A stretch of 63,894 nucleotides of DNA, the filler included, from an uncultured Methanosarcinales archaeon (GTDB lineage Archaea; Nanobdellota; Nanobdellia; Woesearchaeales; JAGLXL01): assembly GCA_964472345.1 (NCBI GenBank). It is 5 parts of 5 records of this genome, joined end to end, with 100 filler letters (N's around TTAATTAATTAA, not from the genome) between each part and the next. Parts side by side here need not be neighbours in the genome. Positions count along the whole stretch, not along the records: positions 1 to 16,033 come from CAYYLB010000026.1; 4 more parts are not named here. One strand, 5' to 3'. The position numbers and the translations under genes are program-made. The notes beneath the pieces were generated by a model. That model saw only the letters and a list, made by a program, of their open reading frames with translations, had not been told where the DNA came from and ran no database searches. Shown here one piece after another: positions 1 to 8,800 of this stretch (within the stretch, counting starts at the first letter, position 1; each line of letters opens with the position of its first letter).

Positions 1-1315
1 TATGCCCATTCTCGGAAAAGTCGCCATAAGAAACGAGAATGTCGCCAAGGTAAAGGATTTCTGCCACCTCCGGGAGCGGAGCAAGCTCGGCGTGCGGGAG
101 CCGTGCGACAGATCCATCCGCAAACCGGACAATGGGTCCGCTGATCGAGTCACAGGGTGTGATGGCAGCTGCTTTCCCGGGGCGCTCGACTTTTAATTGG
201 GTTCCTGTGGCGATATAGCGGTCGAGTAGGTGCAGCGTGGCGGGATGCAGCGCGGCAGCGGAAAATCCGGAGGTGCGCGTCCGCCCATAGCGAAGGCGGA
301 AGCCGCCATGCTGCAGGGGGTAGCAGAGGATGGGGCGACCGGCGACGAGATCCGCAAGGTAGGTATAATTAGGCGCCAGCGAGGAGCGTTGATCGGCAGC
401 CTCCGTGCGCTGCGAATGTGATTTGATCCGTTTCTGGAGTGCCAGGAACTCGTCAAGGAACTCCCATTGGAGCTGGAACGACTGCCCCCAGCTACTCAGG
501 CGCTTCCGGAGCTTCGGCGCTTTTTGTGCGATTCCTTCTGCGAGGACAAGGCAGATGCCGCCGCGGATGCGGTTTGTCTCGACGCGGGGGAGGTCTTTGT
601 GGGTGGCCACCTCAAGCTGCTCGGTAGGGTCCCCATTGATCTCAACAGGCATGTGGCGCACAAGGAAGATGATTTCCTCGTCGGTGGGGTGGTACTGCAG
701 GTTGGTGACGCGCTCGTGGTAATCATGGATTTCCGTGACATAGCGGGCGACTTCCTCATCGCTGGGATCATAGGTGTCAAGACCGAACATTACGCGGATA
801 TAATCTGCCAGGACGACTGATGTTGCTGCTGCAGTTCCGCCGGCGCCGCGCACGGGCCCCGCATAGTAAACGGCAAGATACTTGCGACCATCCCTTCTCT
901 GCTTGATCTTCGCGTCGATCAGCCCTTCGAGAGGTGCTGCCACAATGCCAAGGGTGAGATAAGCGAACCCGATGCGGATGCCGGCGAGAATCGCCTCTTC
1001 CTGGCTCGAAAACGGGCAGAAGTGCTGCTGCGCAACCTCCAGCGCGAGCCGCAGTCCGACACGCCAGTCAAGGAATGCGTACTCGCGCTCGAGTTCGGCG
1101 ATCCGCTGGGCGACGGACGACTGGGCGAGCTGCGGCGTCACGAGCGAGATGAGCTTCACGACGCGCTCAGCCATATTCTTCGTCAGGGGGATGTCGACGT
1201 GATCTTCAGGGTCATGTCCTTGGGCGCGTGCGAGCTCTGCGACGGCATATGCTCCCTTCGTTTCCCGTTCAAGTTTCTCAAAGTACGCCTCCATCGCGGC
1301 GCTTGCAGTACCCAT
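1..1315 (-). CDS. polC: DNA polymerase D large subunit DP2, N-terminal part (runs off the window start)
   Basis: Not in the ORF track (no stop in window). My translation from ATG 1315 gives MGTASAAMEAYFEKLE...LTLGIVAAPLEG...YYAGPVRGAGGTAAA...NRIRGGICLVLAEG...GFRLRYGRTRTSG...ATGTQLKVERPGKAA...YLGDILVSYGDFSEN, all DP2 motifs; lies directly downstream of DP1. Confidence 0.96.
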   Translation of the reverse strand, partial: MGTASAAMEAYFEKLERETKGAYAVAELARAQGHDPEDHVDIPLTKNMAERVVKLISLVTPQLAQSSVAQRIAELEREYAFLDWRVGLRLALEVAQQHFCPFSSQEEAILAGIRIGFAYLTLGIVAAPLEGLIDAKIKQRRDGRKYLAVYYAGPVRGAGGTAAATSVVLADYIRVMFGLDTYDPSDEEVARYVTEIHDYHERVTNLQYHPTDEEIIFLVRHMPVEINGDPTEQLEVATHKDLPRVETNRIRGGICLVLAEGIAQKAPKLRKRLSSWGQSFQLQWEFLDEFLALQKRIKSHSQRTEAADQRSSLAPNYTYLADLVAGRPILCYPLQHGGFRLRYGRTRTSGFSAAALHPATLHLLDRYIATGTQLKVERPGKAAAITPCDSISGPIVRFADGSVARLPHAELAPLPEVAEILYLGDILVSYGDFSENGH

Positions 1316-1316
1316 C

Positions 1317-2861
1317 TTAACCAAACCTCAGTATTTTCGCTGCGCGTGTCTTGAGGTTGATCGCAGGCACACGCGCCGGCTCGGGGTCGTGCCCCATTTT
1401 CTCCTGGAAGCTGGTCATGCTCTGCCAGCAGGAGCCGCTGATGAGGGTGACATGGCGGTACTGCGCCACCAGCGAATAATGAATATGGCCCGTCGCAAAA
1501 ATGTCTGGCACGCGGGAAATCACCAAAGGGTCTGTCTCGTGGTCGGGGATATAAAGCGTCGAGGTATGTGATGGTGCAAGGTGCCTGCGCTTCAGGAGAA
1601 ATCGCATGATCAGGTCAGCGCGGTGGTAGCCCCCGCTGTTGCGGAGCGAATCGGCAGTTGCGACGTAGTAATCAAATGAGTAGCCATGGTATAACAGGAT
1701 GTCAAGCCCAGGGAAGTGCTCCGATGCGTGGATGCGTAGGAGTGCGGGGTTGCTCACGAGGGTAACGTTCGGGAGCTGGTGCAGCGGAGCGGCAAAATCC
1801 TGGTCGAGGGGGGGCTGCGGCTCAGAGAGGCGGAGCGCATCATGATTGCCCGGGCAGAGGACGATATGGATATGGGGCGGGATCTGCGCAAGGAGCCGCG
1901 CAAACTCGCGATACTGTTCATAGATGTCCTGGATGATGAGCTCCTTGTCCTGGTTCGGATAGATGCCGATGCCGTCGACAAGGTCGCCCACAATAAAAAC
2001 ATACCGGACCTTCTGGGCCAGCTCGCGTTGCTCTTCCGTGCCCGACATGCCGCGGATCCAGCGCAGGAAATGCTGGAACGCGTCCGACAAAAAATACCGC
2101 GAGCCCACATGGATATCCGAAAGAAAAAGAGCATAGACCTCATCGGGTGCTTTCTTGAGCTCTTGGTTGTAGGGGATATCGGGCCAAAGGATGGTCTGGG
2201 CAAAGATGATGCGGTCCCCTGCAACGCCCACGATGCCGATGACTTCATCGAGCATGACATCCTGGGCGGCTGCGAACAGATCAGGCTTGTTCTTGCTGAT
2301 GAGCACGCGAATCTGCCCTGTGGGATCCTCAATGGTGAGAAAGAGGTGGCCACGGGGGGAAACGGCCTTTTCAGTGACAATGCCGATGGTGCTGGCGTGC
2401 TCCCGCGCCCGTTTCTTGAGGATGTGGTTGATGGAGAGCGCACCGGCAAGCTCGGGGCGCACGTGCAGCATCGGCCGGATAAGGCGATACCTCTGGTTGA
2501 AATAGCTGACAAAATCGTCAACGGTATGCGGCCGCGACGGCTTATCGTAGGAAAAAAGCACCTGAACAGGATTGAATGAACGAGAAATGGCTGCGGGAGA
2601 GGGAGAACCGCCAGCTCCGACCGACGCAAGATAGTCGTCGTAGCCCCGGTGGTGGCCCCGCTCCTGAAAGGCGCGAAGCTGATCGAGCTGCAGCCAGCTC
2701 ACGGTGGGGGAGTGTGCAAGGCGGGCGCTGTCGTGGGTTGCAATAACGAGGGAATTGGGGATATGGGGGATGATAATGGGTTGTTTGAGAACGTCGACGC
2801 CAGGGAGTGCGCGCTGGGCGAGCAGTTGGTTGATGGTGGGAAGGGGGTCATACGATGCCAT
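1317..2861 (-). CDS. polB: DNA polymerase D small (proofreading) subunit DP1
   Basis: OB fold (LTIEDPTGQI) plus calcineurin-like motifs SDIHVGS, GDLVDGIGIYPNQ, PGNHD, YHG, HLAP, TGHIH; start placed at ATG 2861, overlapping the cdc6 3' end. Confidence 0.95.
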   Translation of the reverse strand: MASYDPLPTINQLLAQRALPGVDVLKQPIIIPHIPNSLVIATHDSARLAHSPTVSWLQLDQLRAFQERGHHRGYDDYLASVGAGGSPSPAAISRSFNPVQVLFSYDKPSRPHTVDDFVSYFNQRYRLIRPMLHVRPELAGALSINHILKKRAREHASTIGIVTEKAVSPRGHLFLTIEDPTGQIRVLISKNKPDLFAAAQDVMLDEVIGIVGVAGDRIIFAQTILWPDIPYNQELKKAPDEVYALFLSDIHVGSRYFLSDAFQHFLRWIRGMSGTEEQRELAQKVRYVFIVGDLVDGIGIYPNQDKELIIQDIYEQYREFARLLAQIPPHIHIVLCPGNHDALRLSEPQPPLDQDFAAPLHQLPNVTLVSNPALLRIHASEHFPGLDILLYHGYSFDYYVATADSLRNSGGYHRADLIMRFLLKRRHLAPSHTSTLYIPDHETDPLVISRVPDIFATGHIHYSLVAQYRHVTLISGSCWQSMTSFQEKMGHDPEPARVPAINLKTRAAKILRFG

Positions 2862-4065
2862 GGGAGATGTCAAGTGACTTGCTGAGAAGCTCCTTGATGT
2901 GGGGGATTTCATGATGGGGGATTGCAAGGGTGACATCGCGCGTGCGGCCGTAGCGTCCTTTGGAGATCACGCGGGCGCGAACGATCCCAAGGGCATCAAG
3001 CTCCGCGATGATGTCAGAGACGCGCCGTTGCGTCAGTGGACGGAGCTTCACGCGGCGGCAGAGGCGCTCGTAGACATCATAGATCTCGCCGGTGAATGGT
3101 GAAGAGTGCCGTGCGCCAAAACTCAGCAAAGCATAGAGGACAAGCTGGAATTGTTTCGGCTGGTTGAGGGTGACATCAAGCAGCCGGTCGCGATCGATCT
3201 TTCCCTCAGCCTCATCGAGATGTTTAATTTCGACGTACTGGCAGCCTTTCCGCTCAGCGAGCTCACCCGCAACACGCAGGAGCTCAAGTGCGCGGCGCGC
3301 GTCCCCATGCTCCCGTGCGGCATAGGCAGCACATTTCTCAATCACGCCGCTGGTGAGTACCCCCTCACGAAAAGCCCGCTTCGCCCGGTCACGGAGGATG
3401 TCCTGCAGTTGGAGCGCGTTGTAGGGGGGGAAGAGTATTTCCTCCTCTGAGAGGCTGCTTCGGACGCGGGCATCGAGGTGGTCAGCGAACACAAGGTCGT
3501 TCGAGATGCCGATGAGAGAAAGCTGGGCGCGTTTCAATTCACCATTGATGCGGGTGAGGTTGTACATGATGTTGTCCCCGGCGCGTTTCACGAGCTGATC
3601 AATCTCATCAAGGATGAGGATGAAGAGCTGCTCCCGTTCATCGAGCAGCTCGTAGAAGAATGTGTATACCTGGTCGGTGGGAAGGCCGGTGGAGGGGACA
3701 GCTCTCCCGCATTCGCGCGCGAGCTGCGCGATGAGGCGGTACTCGGTGTCAGCGACTTTCCTGAGCTTACAGTTTACATAAAGTACGCGCAGGGGGACGC
3801 CGTTTTTCTGCGCAACGCTTTCCATGCTCTGGAGAACGTGACGCGTTGCGAGCGTCTTTCCCGTGCCGGTGTTGCCATAGACGAAGAGGTTTGATGGCCG
3901 ATCCCGCTTGAGTGAGGGGGCGAGCACCGCGGCAAGTTCACGCAACTCTGCATCGCGGTGGGGGATGGTTCTGGGGACGTAGCTGGACTGAAGGGCTCTT
4001 TTATCTGCAAAAAGGTGTTTATGTTTCAGGAAGCTCTCAAAGAAATGCTCAACTGACTGGACCAC
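2848..4065 (-). CDS. cdc6: Orc1/Cdc6 replication initiator
   Basis: Walker A GNTGTGKT, Walker B ILDEID, GDARRAL, C-terminal winged helix ending SKGRYGRT. Confidence 0.97.
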   Translation of the reverse strand: MVQSVEHFFESFLKHKHLFADKRALQSSYVPRTIPHRDAELRELAAVLAPSLKRDRPSNLFVYGNTGTGKTLATRHVLQSMESVAQKNGVPLRVLYVNCKLRKVADTEYRLIAQLARECGRAVPSTGLPTDQVYTFFYELLDEREQLFILILDEIDQLVKRAGDNIMYNLTRINGELKRAQLSLIGISNDLVFADHLDARVRSSLSEEEILFPPYNALQLQDILRDRAKRAFREGVLTSGVIEKCAAYAAREHGDARRALELLRVAGELAERKGCQYVEIKHLDEAEGKIDRDRLLDVTLNQPKQFQLVLYALLSFGARHSSPFTGEIYDVYERLCRRVKLRPLTQRRVSDIIAELDALGIVRARVISKGRYGRTRDVTLAIPHHEIPHIKELLSKSLDISHGIV

Positions 4066-4069
4066 CCGA

Positions 4070-4455
4070 CCCCCCCGTTTCCTGTGGAAACCAATTACGC
4101 AGCAGGATAACCAACTTATAAAGAAAGCGGAACGAAGGAAGGTAGTTTACAATAGATATACCAATAAAGATATTTAACAGAATATATATTAAAAAATATA
4201 AGTCAGAGAGAATAATAGTATGAAATGGATAAACAGAACAGCAGCACGACAACCGAAAACACCAATAAAGCACCCATAAAATGATGAACAGAAGCAGTAC
4301 TAATAATATTTCCATATAGAAACAAAAAGCAGCAAGCAGTGAGACAAAAGCAGAAGTCAAACCGATACAAAACCAAATGGGAAACCGGCGCCCACAGCGA
4401 ATACGCCAGCCACCACTTAAAGCTCCATCCAAAGCTCCACACGAAATAAAGGGGT
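4070..4455. promoter_or_regulatory. putative replication origin oriC with ORB boxes flanking an AT-rich unwinding element
   Basis: ORB-like GGTTTCCACAGGAAACGGGGGG (minus, 4071-4092), GCTCCACACGAAATAAAGGGGT (plus, 4434-4455) and mini-ORB-like TTTCCATATAGAAAC (~4309-4323), around very AT-rich DNA directly upstream of cdc6. Confidence 0.8.
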
Positions 4456-4617
4456 CTCCCAGCCATTAACTACCAATCCCGAACCAAAACCAGACAACTT
4501 CTTCACACATTCCACAAAAAGCGATAATAACCTTGCTTCACCACCCCACGACAAACGGCAAAACATTTAAATAACTGCGAACACTCAACAATAATCCAAA
4601 GAAAAGAGGTGACCTAA

Positions 4618-4812
4618 ATGACCGAACTTACGCTAACGGGGTTCATCCTTGCCATAATCATTGGAACACTGCTCGCAATCGTATATTCTCTTCGTATTCT
4701 GGTGATGCTCGAGCGCCGCATTGCAAACATCGAGGAGCACCTCGAGCGGATGACAAGGCACATCCTCCGTGACGAATCCGACATAAAAAAAGCGCTGAAG
4801 AGCAGGCGCTGA
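4618..4812 (+). CDS. small single-pass membrane protein with coiled coil
   Basis: SD GAGGTGA upstream; N-terminal TM helix; TATA-like TTTAAATA at ~4566. Confidence 0.75.
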   Translation: MTELTLTGFILAIIIGTLLAIVYSLRILVMLERRIANIEEHLERMTRHILRDESDIKKALKSRR

Positions 4813-4815
4813 TTA

Positions 4816-5325
4816 CTAATACCCCTCCTGCTCAAGCTGTGCAAGCTCCCTTTTCATCTGTTGGAGCCGGGAACGCACATCCTCAACCTTTAGTATTTCT
4901 CCGCACTCGGGGCAACGATACTCGAAGCCGACTGCCTGATCAAAATCCATACGCACGCAGCGGTTCGCGCAGCCAAAAAACTGCTCCCCCCCCTCTCGGG
5001 AGATCCGCTCTCGCAGCCGGCGCGCGCGGCTCTGTCGGATGCGGTCATAGAGGAACCGCACCTGCTCAGGCTTAAACGTCCAGTAATAGATATACCATCC
5101 TTTCTTCTTGTCCTTCTTTCGGGTAAAATCGACTAGGTTCTCTCCGTGGAGCCGGTAAAGGGCATTCCTCACTTTTCGGATGTCCTCTTTTAGCTGCTCA
5201 GCAAGCTTAAACTCAGAGATGTTTTCTTTGCCCCCAAGCTTTCGCACGAGCGGAAGGACGTCGTCCCCGCAGACGTCGCGGACGACCTCTTCAATCTTTG
5301 TGGGGGTTAAGCGGACTTTTACCAT
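4816..5325 (-). CDS. tfe: transcription factor E (TFIIE alpha)
   Basis: Winged helix VRNALYRL...GWYIYYW, Zn ribbon C-x3-C...CPECG; start placed at ATG 5325. Confidence 0.9.
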   Translation of the reverse strand: MVKVRLTPTKIEEVVRDVCGDDVLPLVRKLGGKENISEFKLAEQLKEDIRKVRNALYRLHGENLVDFTRKKDKKKGWYIYYWTFKPEQVRFLYDRIRQSRARRLRERISREGGEQFFGCANRCVRMDFDQAVGFEYRCPECGEILKVEDVRSRLQQMKRELAQLEQEGY

Positions 5326-5395
5326 CGCCGAAAATGACACTCTCCCTCCCGTGGCGCCATCTTTTAAACTTTTCGTGACTCCGCTTCAAAATAAA

Positions 5396-5507
5396 GGCGG
5401 CCGCCGAGAATTGAACTCCCGTGCTCCCGGCAACAGCAACTCGGTCCACGCGGGTTCCGCACAAAGCGTCCACAGCCGCGAATTCTCACCGTTAAACTAC
5501 GGCCGCC
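5396..5507 (-). tRNA. tRNA-His(GUG) with two introns (37/38, 15 nt, 5455-5469; 53/54, 24 nt, 5416-5439)
   Basis: Encoded G-1; acceptor GCGGCCG/CGGCCGC; anticodon stem CGCGG/CCGCG around CT-GTG-G; T-arm CCGAG-TTCAATT-CTCGG restored after removing a BHB-bounded insert; TATA at ~5531-5539. Confidence 0.88.
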
Positions 5508-5570
5508 GCGGAGAAAACCGAACAGCAGCAATTTATAAATCTTCTTCAACGGAATGGCTCAGTTCCCCCT

Positions 5571-6035
5571 TCACTCCTGGGGGACGCCCGTCACCTCTTC
5601 AACAAACGCAAGAAACTCCTTTGCAACCCGGTCAAAGTCATCTTCAAGCACGTCGATGTCAATCTCCGCGGTTCGGTTGCCGAGCTCGGCGACCATCGTC
5701 ACATGCCGCCGATACTCATTGCGTCGTGTATAGGGCGCTTTGTCCAACTCACGGAGAAACTGGTAAAACACAAGGTAGTTCCGCAAGATCGTGTCATCCG
5801 CCCGCATCTGGCGCAGCATCTTCACCTTCGCCCGCGGGCTTTTGGGAATTGCCTCGGCCGCACCCTGCTGCTGGAGATGCCCGATCAGCCCGTCGATGAT
5901 ATACTCAAATGCACTCACCAGGCGATGCAGTGCATTCCGGATCACGTCCACCGTGCGCGTGTACTTCAGGCTCACAAAGATGATATGGTCGACCCGTTTC
6001 AGCTCTTCCTTCGCCTCTTCAAGATACTCATTCAT
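5571..6035 (-). CDS. hypothetical protein (helical, possibly HEPN-like)
   Basis: Clean ORF from ATG 6035 (MNEYLEEAKEELKRVDHIIFVSLKYTRTVDV), co-oriented with neighbours. Confidence 0.75.
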   Translation of the reverse strand: MNEYLEEAKEELKRVDHIIFVSLKYTRTVDVIRNALHRLVSAFEYIIDGLIGHLQQQGAAEAIPKSPRAKVKMLRQMRADDTILRNYLVFYQFLRELDKAPYTRRNEYRRHVTMVAELGNRTAEIDIDVLEDDFDRVAKEFLAFVEEVTGVPQE

Positions 6036-6161
6036 CCCTATCACGCGCAGCGCGCAAGAACGACGCCATCCGCTCAGTTCGGACCCGTCCAAGAATGCAC
6101 ACAACTCCGCCCGCAGCGGGCTTTCCCATGGGAGTAGTGAACGTAGTCGACTATAAAAACC

Positions 6162-6491
6162 CTACGCTTTTAACTGCAGGATTGTCCGGGCGATGTCACC
6201 CTCATTCGCTTCGAGTGCCGCCGCCGCGCGGGCCTCGTCGATACCGGCCTGCTCTGCCACGGTCTTGACATCTTCGTGGGAAATCGCCGCCCGCTCACGC
6301 GGCTCGCCCGTGATCTGCCAGGTCTGCTGTCCCATCATATTCACCTTGTGCACGGCAGGTCGCTCAAAAACAAGCTCCCGGGTGGGCGTTCTGATCACAA
6401 CCTCAACCGCATCAATCTCCTGCTGTTGCACGCCAAGCCGTTGCATCATCCGGTCCATCTGTCGCGGGTTCACGGACTGCCCCCGATCCAC
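6162..6491 (-). CDS. nac: nascent polypeptide-associated complex protein
   Basis: NPRQMDRMMQRLG...VEVVIRT...MMGQQTWQITG plus C-terminal UBA-like DVKTVAEQAG...GDIARTIL. Confidence 0.92.
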   Translation of the reverse strand: MDRGQSVNPRQMDRMMQRLGVQQQEIDAVEVVIRTPTRELVFERPAVHKVNMMGQQTWQITGEPRERAAISHEDVKTVAEQAGIDEARAAAALEANEGDIARTILQLKA

Positions 6492-6652
6492 GAGCTCCCG
6501 ACATAATGCAGCAGCACGATGAGCAGTCCAAGAATCAGCGCAAGCACGATGACATGCCCCGGAGCGATTTGGAACCTGCTCTGGTACTCATCAAAATAGC
6601 GGGTCAGCCCCCCCATGCCCGAAGGCAGCCGGATCTTGTCTTGTCGTCCCAT
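6470..6652 (-). CDS. secG: preprotein translocase subunit Sec61beta
   Basis: LPSGMGGLTRYFDEY...IAPGHVI plus TM helix, the Sec61beta signature. Confidence 0.9.
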   Translation of the reverse strand: MGRQDKIRLPSGMGGLTRYFDEYQSRFQIAPGHVIVLALILGLLIVLLHYVGSSWIGGSP

Positions 6653-6661
6653 GGGAAAAGA

Positions 6662-7000
6662 GTTGGATGGAGTAAGCCACCTTTTGTTGCGCTTCCCCCA
6701 ACAGGAGGAACAGCGCTTCAGGACATTCTACTCTGCGTCATTGAAGACTTACACCGGCCAGATTCGCCGTTTCATCGTATCCTGGGTGCGAAGTCAGGTG
6801 GTTATCTGACCTTCCTCACGGAAAGCGTCGCAACCATCATCCCATCACGCAGGCCGTGCCGTTGCTGAGCCAGAGCCCCCATTGCTGAGGCTTCCTCTCG
6901 GAAGTGGCCGTTTTCCGCCGAAAGACATCATCATCTCATATCCTCGGCGGGGTGGGTGGACTTTCCTCAGGCACCTGCCCGAAGTCCTGCACCATCCAAC
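6662..7000 (-). ncRNA. rnpB: RNase P RNA
   Basis: P1 GTTGGATGG/CCATCCAAC; CR-I GAGGAAAGTCCACCC; CR-V AACAAAAGGTGGCTTACT (P4 pairing CCACC/GGTGG); TATA at ~7023-7030. Confidence 0.92.
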
Positions 7001-7133
7001 AGGGAACCAGCCACCCTACCCGTTTATAAACCTTTCTTACTCTGGCCAGTCTCTTCCCGCGTTCATGCCTCAGAGGCACCTTATGCTGCGGAGGAGCAAG
7101 AACAAACGGCAAGGCCCTGCAGGCAGGAAAACC

Positions 7134-8153
7134 ATGGCCCAAAACCCGCCCCCAAAAAGGCTCACCGGCCTCGGCAGCGAACTCGCGCTTCTCAGGAAAC
7201 TCACCGCACTTGTCAAGCCTGTCGCATCGAGATCAGTCCCCATCGGTGATGACTGCGCCATCATTCCCGACGGGAAAAACTTCCTTCTGCTCACGACAGA
7301 CATTCTCGTCGAGGGCAACCATTTCACCACAGAGTATATGAGCCCCGCCCAGCTCGGCAAGAAAGCGATTGAAGTGAACGTCAGTGACATTGCAGCCTGC
7401 GGCGGCCTTCCGCGGTATGCGGCGGTTTCCCTTGTCCTTCCAAGGCATACCACCCCAAAATTTCTCAAGGATCTCTACACAGGCATCGCTCACGCCTGCC
7501 GTCGCTACGGGATTAAGATCATCGGAGGCGATACGACGAGGGGCCGTTTCATCGTCATCAACGTTGCACTTCTCGGGCGCGTCGAGCGCACACACCTGTG
7601 CAGGCGCTCCGGCGCCAGGATAGGTGACCATATCCTCGTGACCGGGCCTCTTGGCGAAAGCGCAGCAGCGCTCGCGCTCCTTCGTGCCCGCCGCGCGCAA
7701 TTGCACAGCACCTCAGCCTACACCGAGCCCTGCGCTCAGCTCGCACGGGCGCGTGCCATCGCCCCCCACTGCAATGCGATGATTGATATAAGCGACGGGA
7801 TTGCGTCGGAAATACGCCATATCTGCCTCCAGAGCGGCACCGGCGCCCGCATCGAGCAAGAAAAGATTCCCATGAGCCGTGCGACGAAACGCATCGCGGC
7901 GCTGCTCGTGCGTAATCCCTATCTATGGGCGCTGCGCGGCGGCGAGGACTTCCAGCTCGTCGCAGCAGTTTCCCCCCGCGTCTACCGCCGCCACAGGCGC
8001 CTCTTCCGCGGCTGCACCATTATCGGAGAAATCCGTCCGAAAAACGAGGGTATCCGGCTCATCGAGCGTCGGAACGGCAGAGAGCATCGCCGTGCGCTCG
8101 GCTTCGGCTACACACATTTCCCTGCTGCCGAACTAATCACCCCTAAAAAATAG
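7134..8153 (+). CDS. thiL: thiamine-monophosphate kinase
   Basis: IGDDCA, TTDILVEGNHF, NVSDIAACGG, IIGGDTT, MIDISDG, GGEDFQL motifs; start placed at ATG 7134. Confidence 0.95.
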   Translation: MAQNPPPKRLTGLGSELALLRKLTALVKPVASRSVPIGDDCAIIPDGKNFLLLTTDILVEGNHFTTEYMSPAQLGKKAIEVNVSDIAACGGLPRYAAVSLVLPRHTTPKFLKDLYTGIAHACRRYGIKIIGGDTTRGRFIVINVALLGRVERTHLCRRSGARIGDHILVTGPLGESAAALALLRARRAQLHSTSAYTEPCAQLARARAIAPHCNAMIDISDGIASEIRHICLQSGTGARIEQEKIPMSRATKRIAALLVRNPYLWALRGGEDFQLVAAVSPRVYRRHRRLFRGCTIIGEIRPKNEGIRLIERRNGREHRRALGFGYTHFPAAELITPKK

Positions 8154-8162
8154 TAAAAACAC

Positions 8163-8177
8163 CGAAAGATTTATATA
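8163..8177 (+). promoter_or_regulatory. archaeal BRE-TATA promoter with no obvious downstream CDS
   Basis: CGAAAGATTTATATA matches the BRE+TATA consensus. Confidence 0.6.
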
Positions 8178-8299
8178 CTAGTTCTACTAAATGGTAGTGA
8201 AATAGTGGAGGCGTTCTTCTGAGCGCTTTCATTATCCAAACACCTCCGACAGTGCCAGAAATGACCTTTCTGGCACGTCATACTCAATCACCTCTTTTT

Positions 8300-8351
8300 C
8301 CCTCGCGGGCTGCGAGCAATCGCGGTCCGCGGGGGTTTGTTTTTCTTTTCT
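8300..8351 (+). terminator. 16-bp GC hairpin with GCAA tetraloop followed by a U-tract
   Basis: CCCTCGCGGGCTGCGA-GCAA-TCGCGGTCCGCGGGGG then TTTGTTTTTCTTTTCT; G-U pairs form only on the plus strand. Confidence 0.6.
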
Positions 8352-8497
8352 ATAGAGGGAATACCTCTGAATACCTCTATGAGTGCAGTTATATTTTTCC
8401 AGCAGAGCGGCTCTAATTGCCCCATTCACGGAAAAGAGCGGGGTGCTGCACAGCTTAACGCCTATACGAAGCAACAGGCAAATTCATCTAAATCAAG

Positions 8498-8512
8498 CGA
8501 AATTTTTATATA
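8498..8512 (+). promoter_or_regulatory. BRE-TATA promoter for the structured RNA/dnaG transcript
   Basis: CGAAATTTTTATATA, about 25 nt upstream of the start of the structured region. Confidence 0.7.
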
Positions 8513-8535
8513 GTTCCGCTGCTTTGGGCCTTCTT

Positions 8536-8790
8536 GCCCGTCACGAGAGTACCCAAGGGAGTGGACGCATCCCTGCGAGCCGTGAGCTTGGGGGTTAGTG
8601 GCCCGGGCATCATATTCAACGGAAGAAGAACCGGCTTGCGCTCAAGCGGCAGAAGGCCAGATTCACATGCTCATACCTGACACCAACAAGGTATCTCTTT
8701 GCCAGGAAGCAGTAGGGAGCAGGTAGCATCGCGAAGCTGATGCGGGCGTTCTGTCTTTCGTAACAGCGCTGCTAACCGCAGCAAATGTGA
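8536..8790 (+). ncRNA. structured ~250-nt RNA upstream of dnaG (family unassigned)
   Basis: Nested helices found by hand: TCACG/CGTGA, GGTTAGTGGC/GCTGCTAACC, GGGCAT/ATGCTC, ATACCT/AGGTAT, GCATC/GATGC, CTGT/ACAG; own promoter; no credible ORF. Confidence 0.7.
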
Positions 8791-8800
8791 GGGGATTCCC

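Noticed and set aside
4049..4466. Hydrophobic ORFs upstream of cdc6
   Set aside because: Compositional artefacts of the A-rich, skewed origin region.
6125..6138. Near match (CCCATGGGAGTAGT) to the first spacer of the tRNA-Arg intron guide
   Set aside because: Needs a bulge and lies partly upstream of the likely transcription start; probably chance.
6882..7133. N-terminal extension of ThiL in the ORF track
   Set aside because: Overlaps rnpB and its promoter; the real start is probably ATG 7134.
8698..8726. SRP helix-8-like motif GCCAGG...GGGAGCAGGUAG in the dnaG-upstream RNA
   Set aside because: The CCC-GNRA-GGG tip is not formed and the overall fold is a multi-way junction rather than the long SRP helix 5. 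Not called SRP RNA, though a divergent SRP RNA is not fully excluded.
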